From positions 2,232,001 to 2,296,000 of the forward strand of contig NW_027266267.1 in assembly GCF_022045235.1 (NCBI RefSeq): DNA of 64,000 bases. Direction: 5' to 3'. This DNA is from Haliotis cracherodii. Taxonomy: Eukaryota. The notes beneath the pieces were generated by a model, which was not told where the DNA came from, searched no databases, and worked only from the letters and a program-made list of their open reading frames with translations. Positions 1 through 8,935 of the stretch are shown in pieces; the first letter of the stretch is position 1, and each line of letters opens with the position of its first letter. Both the position numbers and the translations under genes were made by a program.

Positions 1-1657
1 ACATACCCTCCCACATATATTTTGTGAACATCATGGCCTATTGTACAATGTCATGAGTATTTATTCCTAGACATTTACCTGCTGTTTTACTGTGTATGAG
101 AAGAAATATGTTCAACTCTCATATCTCTTGCAAAATTGCATAACACAAACATCCTAGGAACTTGAATTATTACGCTTGTATCCCCACCAATGAGTGGCAT
201 GACAACTTTAAAATACATAAATTAGAGAATAATTTTATTTTCATTTGGCTTTTGCTATTTTGTAGGAAACACTGTATTCAGAAGTGGCCAAGATATCTAT
301 TTAACAGAAAACTTACTCTGTTATTAAACATATCACCACCTCACAAAGGTTATGATATGATAGACAATTAAATAATACATTTGGGACTGATATCATGGTT
401 AGAAATTAAACATGGCAATGGGCAGTAATTACAGATAATAAGCAACACGACCATTTTTATAGGAATTGCATTTTGTCATGAGCAATATGCATAAAAAGAA
501 GAAATTGTATTCCGCTTTAGTTCTGCATTACCACTTTTATACGCTGCTATATTTAGCTGCAAATGTCGGGCATCGAGTCAGTAGCATTGCCATTGGCGCA
601 CTTTGCAGAACGGAGTAAAAATACAAAACACAAGAAGTGCAGATGATTTTGCTCTTTTTAAATGTTTGTCAATTATACACATAGTTGCATGCCACAGATA
701 TAATTCTCTACGGTGTTTATCCCAGTTCTGGTCGTATCCCAGTTCTGGTCGCTACACACGTGGAGCCGCACAACCGAGTAAACAAAGGCCGTATTACCCT
801 CACTATAAGACGCCTAGCATTAATTTCAGGGGTGATTGCTGGAAACCTCGCCTCTCTGCGTTATAACAAAATCAAGTGGGAAACATGATATTCGGTGGGG
901 AGAATACAGCGTTTTGCACGAGAAATTAAATTCGGAGAGAGGATGTCTTCCCAAGTATGTGTCTATTATGCTTCATTCAGAGTATTTGTAATTACTAGAG
1001 AAACCAGTGAACGACTATTTCACGAGTTGGAATTCGAGCATTTTACTTCAAACACTGCCCGAATGCATTTGACCCTTGACCATACTTACAGTATGAGCTA
1101 GTGTATATATATTCGTATTCCTTTGCAGTTATAAGAATAATTTTCATTAATTGTTATGTTTATGTCTAATATCTTGCAAAATAGATGTAGAAGTCGGAAG
1201 ATCATCTCAGCAACGTGTGCATGATTTTCATATGTACCTTTCCGTAGTTTAGTTATCGAATAGCACCTGATTAACATCCGTACATACTATTTGGGATTTA
1301 TTAAATACATCCATTTTGATCTTGAACGAAAATACTAATGCGAGTTCGTCTGCGAGTGGGAAAATTTAAATAATCCATGCTAAGTGACATACATTGTATT
1401 TTACCAAATCAAGAGTTTATTGATACCAATTATTGTATATTTTTTTCTATTATTTCACCATGTCACATCGAAGTGTTCATCACCTTTAACTCACAACCTC
1501 TTGCAGCAAATATCACAAGGTTTTATCGACTGTTTTGTATCAGGTTTTGGTATATGTTAAAAAACAAAACAAAATGGCAATACATTCGCATCAAGAATAT
1601 TTATTCGATTCATGAATACAAACGTGATTAAACAATGATATTTAACCCTAAACAGTT

Positions 1658-2293
1658 TTACAAAGATTCCAATTTTCTAAAGTCTCCTCCGGGCACGCCA
1701 AGCACAGATTTGCGTTTTATGTAGAGTCTTTTCACACGCTTGTTTTCTGGGTTTCTATGGTGATTTCTCCTCACGAGATGCTTCTTCGGTACACCTAAAC
1801 TGAGTAGCAATTTGCGAAACTCATTGTAACCCGTTGGTCTTTTTGACTCGGAAGAAGGGTCTAGAGTGTAATAACGAATCAGCTTCGTGAGGTTTGAATC
1901 TTTTAACACGTTTCCGTTTGGCAACACAATTTCCAGATTACCCGTCACTGTTAAGTGACCAGTGACAATTTTATGTTTGAGAAATAGAAACAGAGACATT
2001 AGTTTTCCTATAGTTCTTTTAGAACTAATGTTTTTGAGAAGATGATCGGGAACTCGCAACAAAAAGTCATTGTTGTTTACGGGTTGGTTTTCATCTCGAC
2101 CATCCCTTGTCGATGTGTTGTCCTCCGTTTCATTCGCTGTCTGAGGAGGTGTCGATGTCCGATGATTTTGATTCGCTATCGGATTGGGTGTCATCATCAT
2201 CATCTTCTTCTTCTTCTTCTTCTGTTCTTCTTCCTGTTCGGACATCAGTCTCTGGTAGGTATCCCTTGTCAGAAGAATCATCGGCTTGCTCAT
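1658..2293 (-). CDS. Conserved Polinton accessory protein of unknown function (211 aa)
   Basis: C-terminal GNLEIVLPNGNVLKDSNLTKLIRY...RPTGYNEFRKLLLSLGVP resembles a motif recurrent in Polinton ORFs (GE..G..I.GSN..DL...P.G...F...L...N.P); basic tail. Confidence 0.65.
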   Translation of the reverse strand: MSKPMILLTRDTYQRLMSEQEEEQKKKKKKMMMMTPNPIANQNHRTSTPPQTANETEDNTSTRDGRDENQPVNNNDFLLRVPDHLLKNISSKRTIGKLMSLFLFLKHKIVTGHLTVTGNLEIVLPNGNVLKDSNLTKLIRYYTLDPSSESKRPTGYNEFRKLLLSLGVPKKHLVRRNHHRNPENKRVKRLYIKRKSVLGVPGGDFRKLESL

Positions 2294-2630
2294 CGTGAAG
2301 GGTTGAGAGGTAGGATCGATAGGATCTTATGCAAATGGGTAGAATCGAATGATGCGTGATTAACAACTCCCGTTTGACGCGTCGGCCGATCGTCTTGCTG
2401 GCCAAGATACGAATGTACTTCTTGTGTCGCGACAGTCGTATTTTATCCTCTTCCGGTAAGTGTATGTTTCCTCTCAGAATGTTAAATATCAGAGTAATCA
2501 CTGCCATAAACTGGTCGCCCGACGCGTGTTTCAACAAAGCTTTTCTTTGTCCGGCATTAGCTTGGTTCAACATCAGAAGTAAAGTCACGTGTTTTTCTAG
2601 TAGCTCACTCATGTTGAGATGGTCGATCAC
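2130..2630 (-). CDS. Conserved small Polinton protein with acidic tail (166 aa)
   Basis: QRKALLKHAS...IFNILRGNIHL....KIRLSRHKKYIRILA motif typical of a small Polinton ORF found near the ATPase; Glu/Asp/Ser-rich C-terminus. Confidence 0.65.
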   Translation of the reverse strand: MIDHLNMSELLEKHVTLLLMLNQANAGQRKALLKHASGDQFMAVITLIFNILRGNIHLPEEDKIRLSRHKKYIRILASKTIGRRVKRELLITHHSILPICIRSYRSYLSTLHDEQADDSSDKGYLPETDVRTGRRTEEEEEEDDDDDTQSDSESKSSDIDTSSDSE

Positions 2631-2662
2631 AAATGTTCCAGCGTGCGTCGACCGATGTCGTT

Positions 2663-3007
2663 TTATAGCATTTTTGTTTGGTCTAACCTTTCTTGTTGAC
2701 TTTGGGGCTCGTCCACCATGTGGATATAGCTACAGTGAGGAGAGAGTCGGAAATGTTCGGTCATCGGATCATCTTCTGGTATCCAACGATGAACGCGTAG
2801 CTTGCACTTGAAACAGTAGGCTTTATCAGATTGCCCAGTGTATATAAATCCGGCCTTAGCCATGGATGTTGGTGACTGCTTCATCTGCAGTGGCCACTTG
2901 TCAAAAGTCTTTAGTCTGTCACTAAACTTTTGTCCATACACCTCAGTAGAGAGGTCTGCTTTGGCGCAGTCTGGAACTACGTCGTCAAATCTTCCACATA
3001 CATCCAT
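2663..3007 (-). CDS. Single-BIR inhibitor-of-apoptosis-like protein carried by the Polinton
   Basis: RLKTFDKWP...MAKAGFIYTG..DKAYCFKC...W...DDPMTEHFRLSPHCSY: complete BIR with C-x2-C-x16-H-x6-C zinc ligands; no RING. Confidence 0.93.
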   Translation of the reverse strand: MDVCGRFDDVVPDCAKADLSTEVYGQKFSDRLKTFDKWPLQMKQSPTSMAKAGFIYTGQSDKAYCFKCKLRVHRWIPEDDPMTEHFRLSPHCSYIHMVDEPQSQQERLDQTKML

Positions 3008-3112
3008 AATGACGACGACGACGAGAAAGGTCTGCTCGCTTCGAGGGTTGAAAGTGAAATGTTGGAACCCCGGTGCAAAATCACCTTTTTTTGCTGTTGT
3101 TGTTTAGTAACA

Positions 3113-3781
3113 TCACTGGGGCAAGTACACCGTACACACTTCATCGGGAAATATTCCAGTGCGCAAACGACCATACTGCGGATCAGCATAAGGCGAAACA
3201 TCCAAAACGAGATACCCATATTTTTTTCCCCCAACGGCATCTTGAAAGGATTCCGCAAAATATTTTGCCTGTCCCGGAAATATTTGCGATGCCAAGATTT
3301 TGTATTCGTGCGCCGAACGCGGGTTGGATAGCAGAACGAAGTAATGGGTGTTCAGAGACATGGTTCTGTTGCATTCTCCTTTGGGATAGGCGGATTGTTG
3401 TATGTTGATGACCGAAATCCCCAGATGATGCGATAGCGTGGTGTAAAGATGTAAAAACAACTGATTTTTGCAAACTTGCTGCATGAAGTCATCTGTCACG
3501 AGAAGACATCGTTTGCCCGACTCTGACGAGTAAGATTTTAGCTCGTCTTCTGTAGGTAGTGAATCTTGAAATCGAATATTTTGAATGGTTCTTTCCATGT
3601 CATTGTAGACATCTTGCCAGACGGCGTAACAGTAAATAATCAGGTTGGGTGGCGGATCAAACGTGGTATCGGCTTGTTTTAAGAGTCGAGCAGTCCAAAA
3701 CGTTTTTCCGCTCGAAGTTCCACCTAACACTGATATGGTAGCTGGTGTGTGAAAAGGTATCAGGCACTTCTTTTCTTCCAT
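3113..3781 (-). CDS. Polinton genome-packaging ATPase (A32/FtsK-HerA type)
   Basis: Walker A GGTSSGKT, Walker B LLVTDD, SHHLGISVINIQQ, RTMSLNTHYFVLL, YGYLVLD; TATA-like TATAAATA upstream (~3837-3844, minus). Confidence 0.93.
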   Translation of the reverse strand: MEEKKCLIPFHTPATISVLGGTSSGKTFWTARLLKQADTTFDPPPNLIIYCYAVWQDVYNDMERTIQNIRFQDSLPTEDELKSYSSESGKRCLLVTDDFMQQVCKNQLFLHLYTTLSHHLGISVINIQQSAYPKGECNRTMSLNTHYFVLLSNPRSAHEYKILASQIFPGQAKYFAESFQDAVGGKKYGYLVLDVSPYADPQYGRLRTGIFPDEVCTVYLPQ

Positions 3782-3914
3782 GTTATCTCTACCGCTGTCG
3801 ACCTCGGAACTGATCTGAATGACTACCGGTCAAAGTTATTTATACACAACAAAGATATGATTGGAATTGAACTACTTTATATTTTTTTATTTTTTTACAA
3901 GCACGGTAATATTT

Positions 3915-4250
3915 TTAAAAATCAATACAAGGAGTGCTCACATGAGTGCAGTATTTGAAGTAGTTACAAATGAAGCTAGTGACAAAGGCGTCATTCCATT
4001 GTAATTCATTGACATCAAACTGATGGACAATCTGGTTCAATCTTAAATGATCTTTAAATATACAAAGTAAAAAATACAAGCAGTAAAACCCACAGCCCTT
4101 GGAATCTGTAGATTGTAACTGTTGAATATTGCGAGTGTAAGAACCGACGTAGGACTTTAAATAACGATCGAATACAACGTCAACCGGTTCTGCCAAACTG
4201 TCAAACAGTTCTGCTCTGTTGTTTCCTCGGAGATACATAGCAATCCAGTG
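3915..4250 (-). pseudogene. Adenovirus-like cysteine protease (PRO), N-terminally truncated
   Basis: Frame reads HWIAMYL...ELFDSLA...QQLQSTDSKGCGFYCLYFL (His, Asp, oxyanion Gln and Cys present); sequence upstream of the His is replaced by capsid sequence. Confidence 0.88.
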
Positions 4251-4392
4251 GCGTGGAATCGTTGATTTGGCTCAAAGGGCAAACGTTGACGAAGTAATGT
4301 TTCTGAACGCTAGTCTGATAAGGGGGTAGAGTGAAGAGGTTCAAAGTTTCTGGCACCAGCTCTTCGAATTCTTTATCGTTCAACAGAGCCAT
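4244..4392 (-). pseudogene. N-terminal ~50 aa of Polinton major capsid protein (PY-type), remainder deleted
   Basis: MALL...ETLNLFTLPPYQTSVQKHYFVNVCPLSQINDSTPL matches the ELDLF.LPPTQTS...Y.P...PIEF start of Polinton MCPs; runs out of frame into the protease. Confidence 0.75.
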
Positions 4393-4400
4393 GATTACTT

Positions 4401-4796
4401 TTAACTAAAGATATCGTCTTCTTTCACCGGGGTACACTTGAGCACTTTTGCCGTCTTGGAAGGTGTGGCGTTGATGTTGTCAGTTCGACGAATTTTCTTC
4501 GTAGTGACGCATTTGACTCCTGCCTTTCGTTTTAAAGCCTTCACCCTCTTGCCTTGAGCCTCTGCCCTGTCAACCTCGCTCTGGGATTCGGAAGTCATTT
4601 GAACGACCATCTTAGATGCATCTGACCGTTGCGCTGTTTGTGCTGCTGCTGCTGCTGCTGTCGGTCGATGGGGTTGGATCACCATCCTTTGTAATTTCCC
4701 GTTGACTAGTCTAGACGACCTCTTTTTGTCAAAGTAATGTTTAAACTTGGCGTAGTCGGGAAAGTACAGCGGACGGGAAGACGAATCCATGGTCAC
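4401..4796 (-). CDS. Basic Polinton ORF between mCP and MCP (possible core/DNA-binding protein)
   Basis: 131-aa Lys/Arg-rich ORF tightly packed between capsid genes; position supports it, function is inferred. Confidence 0.55.
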   Translation of the reverse strand: MTMDSSSRPLYFPDYAKFKHYFDKKRSSRLVNGKLQRMVIQPHRPTAAAAAAQTAQRSDASKMVVQMTSESQSEVDRAEAQGKRVKALKRKAGVKCVTTKKIRRTDNINATPSKTAKVLKCTPVKEDDIFS

Positions 4797-4806
4797 AATA
4801 CTCCTA

Positions 4807-5241
4807 CTACTCCACGAAAGGATAACGTCTCAAATGAAGTGTGGCGTAGGTCTCCTCCATTAAGAATGAAGGCATGGAGGTATTTGCCGACTTTAAATAC
4901 AACTCGATATTGTCGGTTTCTTTCAATTTGATACGAATGTTAAATTCGGTACCAAAAGTGTACGAGGGTCCCTGTCTCAGATCGATACGTCTCAATAAGG
5001 CCAGTTGAGTTTCCCCCACCAACGAACTGTCGCCTAAGTTGCATAACACGTCCACGTAGGGGTCACCACCGGCGATATTTGTCCGATTAAGCTTTCCAAA
5101 ATTGAGCTCGACCAAAGACACCGTCCAGAATCCGTCGAAGGTTAACCTTTGATTTAATTTGACGCGGAAGTGATAAGGAGAATTCTCCGGAAAGGCTGTC
5201 GTTTTGGAAACGGTGCTTTTCAGAAAGATGTACTTTTCCAT
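4807..5241 (-). CDS. Polinton minor capsid (penton/PX-like) protein, short form
   Basis: YIFLKS....FPENSPYHFRVKL...L.FDGFWTVSLVEL N-terminus; VLCNL..S.VG....LLRRI; C-terminal ATLHLRR; directly downstream of the integrase. Confidence 0.8.
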   Translation of the reverse strand: MEKYIFLKSTVSKTTAFPENSPYHFRVKLNQRLTFDGFWTVSLVELNFGKLNRTNIAGGDPYVDVLCNLGDSSLVGETQLALLRRIDLRQGPSYTFGTEFNIRIKLKETDNIELYLKSANTSMPSFLMEETYATLHLRRYPFVE

Positions 5242-5265
5242 TGTGTATTTTTTTTAATTTTTATT

Positions 5266-6369
5266 TTAGAGGTCTTTCAGTTCGCTCTCTTCTACGTAGG
5301 AATCAAAAGACGAAGGCCAGCCGAGCCAACGTACGAGAGCGTAGGTTTTCCCTTTCACTTTTTTTCTCTTCAGAATTTTCTCCACCTGCCACAAGACATC
5401 CGCAGCTTTGTCGACCTTCTGCAGTTCGCTCGCGTAAAAGCTGCCTTCCAGGGGTTCGTCGTGAAAATCTTTCAGCTTGTACTGAGGGAAGGTTTGTTTC
5501 TTGTAACGTTGGGCCACTTTAAACAGTTCTTCCGTCCACTTGAGATCGAGTTCCTTGCTGAAAGGTTTCCTGAGGTATGAGATGCGAACCAGGTCGCCCA
5601 ATTTAAATAAGTATTTCTTGATGACGGGTTTGACTTTTCTCAGAGGTTCCAGATAGACGTGATTCCACACTTTCACTTCGTTGGTTTTATCGACATCTGC
5701 CGGAGAGAGACGTGGTAGAGAAGAATGTAGGGTATGATTATAATTGGATACTAAATCCGCCAGAACGTCCAGATAATGTTTGGTGTTATTGTGGGTCATG
5801 TATCTGGTGATCAGCGATTTCAGTGTTCTGTTGAAACGTTCCACGTAATTACTTTTGATGTTTTCGTTGCGAGCTATGGTGAGTTTTATCTTTTGTTTTT
5901 GTAAAAACATCTTGAACGCGCCCTTAAATTCGCTTCCACCATCTACTCTCACTTTCTCGGGACGTCGCTGCTCGAGGATTTGTTTGAAAGCTTTCAAGAC
6001 GGTTTCTGGTTTCTTATCGTTTAACGGAAGGGCGAATGCAAAGCGGCTCAGTATGTCGATGGCCACCAGCAAGTATCTCACACCATCGTTCCACTTCGTA
6101 AACCTAGACAGGTCGGCCAAATCCACGTCAAACATTTCGTGGATAGAATTCACTCTGACTTTCATTCGTTTGAAACGGTATCTGACGGGTTTGTGTAAAC
6201 TGTAAGCATCTTGATTGTTGACAAACCGTCTGACACCCCTCGCTGGAACTTTCAATTGACCTTTCAACACCTTTTTGAGTTTACCCGGACCCCAAAACGC
6301 CCCCGGATTTCTGGGAGTGAAATAATAATCTTCCAGTACTTTGTCAGAAGTTATCTCTCTCGAGCTCAT
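5266..6369 (-). CDS. Retroviral-like (rve) integrase with C-terminal chromodomain
   Basis: DVDLAD / RVDGGSEF / VERFNRTLK (DDE triad intact); C-terminal VEKILKRK....YALVRWLGWPSSFDSYV chromodomain. Confidence 0.96.
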   Translation of the reverse strand: MSSREITSDKVLEDYYFTPRNPGAFWGPGKLKKVLKGQLKVPARGVRRFVNNQDAYSLHKPVRYRFKRMKVRVNSIHEMFDVDLADLSRFTKWNDGVRYLLVAIDILSRFAFALPLNDKKPETVLKAFKQILEQRRPEKVRVDGGSEFKGAFKMFLQKQKIKLTIARNENIKSNYVERFNRTLKSLITRYMTHNNTKHYLDVLADLVSNYNHTLHSSLPRLSPADVDKTNEVKVWNHVYLEPLRKVKPVIKKYLFKLGDLVRISYLRKPFSKELDLKWTEELFKVAQRYKKQTFPQYKLKDFHDEPLEGSFYASELQKVDKAADVLWQVEKILKRKKVKGKTYALVRWLGWPSSFDSYVEESELKDL

Positions 6370-6571
6370 CGTGTAATGATAGAATATAAAGGATGATGTT
6401 TCGTTTTATATCATTGTCATCTATGCGTGTCTGAAGATGAAATACAAAACAAAACAAATTTTCGACATTGATTTTTATTTTCAATATCATACTTAAAATA
6501 AACAAACAAACATAACGAGAAAACATCTCACCATTCGGCTGTCAAAAGGTTATTTTTCTAAAAATGTACAT

Positions 6572-7402
6572 TCACATTCTTTTGTCTAACTTTAACATTT
6601 TCTCGACCCGTTCTTTCAATCCCTCCTTCCATTGAGACGTTTTAAATTGAGAGTCACGATAGTCTTTGCATCGATACGGGACCAAGTTAAAGTCCCTCAC
6701 ATCTCGAAAACTCGGGTCTTCTAGCAGCAGTTTTCTCCAGCTTTCGTGCACCTCTACATCGTCTACGTCGGATAATGTCATGTTAAAGTATTTCTCCACC
6801 AGTTGTTGTTCAGACATGTTGCAGGTGTGGTCCCGTTCACCTTCCGCATCGAACATGCACCCGAAACACAGTTCACGAGACAGTCGTTTGATTATCTTGG
6901 TGACTTGAATACAGTAGCATAAAGTCAACAGGTTTTCCACGAGTTTCATCTTCTCCGCCATAGCGACCTCGTCCGCGGACAGTGCCCAGCGAGATTTCTT
7001 GATGATGACTCGCTTCGTGACGTTGAATTCGTCTTCAAACTTGCGCTTGGCATCCTTCACGCATTCGTCTCGACTTGGAAACCATTCGTGAGATTGACGA
7101 ATGACTGCCTCGTTTAGGGTGTGCGGCATTTTCACGACCTGCTTCCAGCAATAGAAAGTAGATTTGTCTTTTCTTCCCACTCTGTTTAAAGATAGAATGA
7201 CTGAATTTAGAATTTCTGCGACAGCTCTTTGATATTTATTTATTTTATTCTTTAAAAACCAAAAAGTGACAAATACCAGCATTAACAAATTAAAAGGCAA
7301 TATCTATGTCGAGTGAATACTAAAACTATGATTAACAACTTAAAAGAAATTAGCTATGTTAATTGTAAATCAAAATGGAGTGAACACTAACCTTGTTTCC
7401 AT
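6572..7402 (-). CDS. Spliced Polinton accessory protein with C-x2-C-x9-H-x-C motif (exons 7402-7392, 7181-6572)
   Basis: LCFGCMFDAEGERDHTC motif; ATG GAA ACA AG|gttagt ... aaacag|A GTG GGA gives a phase-compatible intron 7391-7182. Confidence 0.65.
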
Positions 7403-7864
7403 GATACAGTAACCGTGTTTTTTCTGACACAACTCGAGTCTCTGAAGGTACAGGATGAAATGCGTGTGATTTAAGCGCAATGACGAGCATGACACTATTC
7501 TATTATTTCAAATTCATTGGTTGGTTGGTTAGTTTGTTGATCACGTGTTCATGAAAACCTTTGATGATTGGATCTACATGAAAAAAAACATTTCATTGGT
7601 TGTTGAGTGGGTGTTTATGTAGTATATTTATGGGTTGAATACTATTCAAACTCTCTCTGATAACCTTTCTGTTATCTCTTGTTCATAATACATCCGACAA
7701 AGAAAGACAAACACGCATGAAAAGAACACATTATTCTTTTATTCTAACTTTTATTCACACTGAGTAACAGACATATTATTTATTTACATTATATCAAATC
7801 AATTCACTGACTATGCATTGTTTCATCAATTTATGATACGTAAATGAATACTTTCATGATCTCA

Positions 7865-8854
7865 TCATATGATCGCAATCAATTTGGCCTCCAATCGTTC
7901 CTTCCTACTGGAAGTTAAAAAATGTCTGTTCAAGTCATCAACATTCTCATAAGGCAGGTTTTGAATGTCCAGGAAGTCAACTCCAGTAGAATTCTTTTGT
8001 GTCCTCGCCTCTTCAAGGATGTTGCCATGGGACACAGCTTCTAAAGCATCGTCAAAGTACATCAATGCACGTTCATCCGGCTCCATCATCAAACACTGAT
8101 GATTGCGTTGCGATGGGTGATTTATCTCACACCCATAACAATTACTATTGCACAATTCATTCACTTTGACACATAGGCGGTCCAAGTAAAGCTTTTCAAG
8201 GACCATTTCAAATTGTTCTCTGTTTGATCGAAGATTATGATTTGGTTCGGGAATACTCACTTCCCGGACGCTAATAGTGAAAGGTCCTGTTAATATATCC
8301 GCTGATGTGCTATTCCGTTGACGATGAGTTCTCAGGGTTCTCTCCAAAGATCGACATCCAGCAAGATAAGCAGCAAGGAGAGATCGTCTCGATTGTGCCC
8401 CATCTCGGATAAGTTCTCCTCTTCCCCCTCTCACCCTGTAGTGGTAGGAAGTTGCTCGTCCACTCATCCTGTTTATAGAAAAAAACATTTTTTAAATTTT
8501 TTTTTAAACTTTATATCCTGGACATTTTTTTTTTCTGTATGAGTTTTGATTTTTTTTATCAAACATATTTTGTTACTCTCAAACATATTTCTAGTGTTTT
8601 ATTTTATTTGTTTGTTTTTTGTTTGTTTTTTCTTTTGATAAAATCTATTTTCAGTTTTATGTCAAACCAATTTTTTTATGTGTTGATGTCAAACCTATTT
8701 TGTTTCTGCCATTTTTTTTCTAGCTTTCATTACTAACTGTTTTTAAATTTTTTATTTCACAACATATTTTTCCGAAAGTATTTTTAAAAACAACAAAAAT
8801 GAAATGTGTTTACTACCTTTCACGTGTCGAGGAACACTCCAGAGGTTTCATCAT
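7865..8854 (-). CDS. Second spliced paralogue with C-x2-C-x9-H-x-C motif (exons 8854-8817, 8468-7865)
   Basis: NCYGCEINHPSQRNHQC motif; ...GAA AG|gtagta ... aaacag|G ATG AGT gives a phase-compatible intron 8816-8469. Confidence 0.65.
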
Positions 8855-8935
8855 TTCGTGGATGTGGTCATTGTTTGCTAGACGATCTCATTTTTCTCAT
8901 ATTTTCTTGGAATGGTGAATGTTAGTTACAAAGTT

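Noticed and set aside
586-1102. Possible Helitron-like 3' end (...GAGCTAGT) or left Polinton terminus
   Set aside because: No complementarity to the right terminus and no clear hairpin or second copy in the window.
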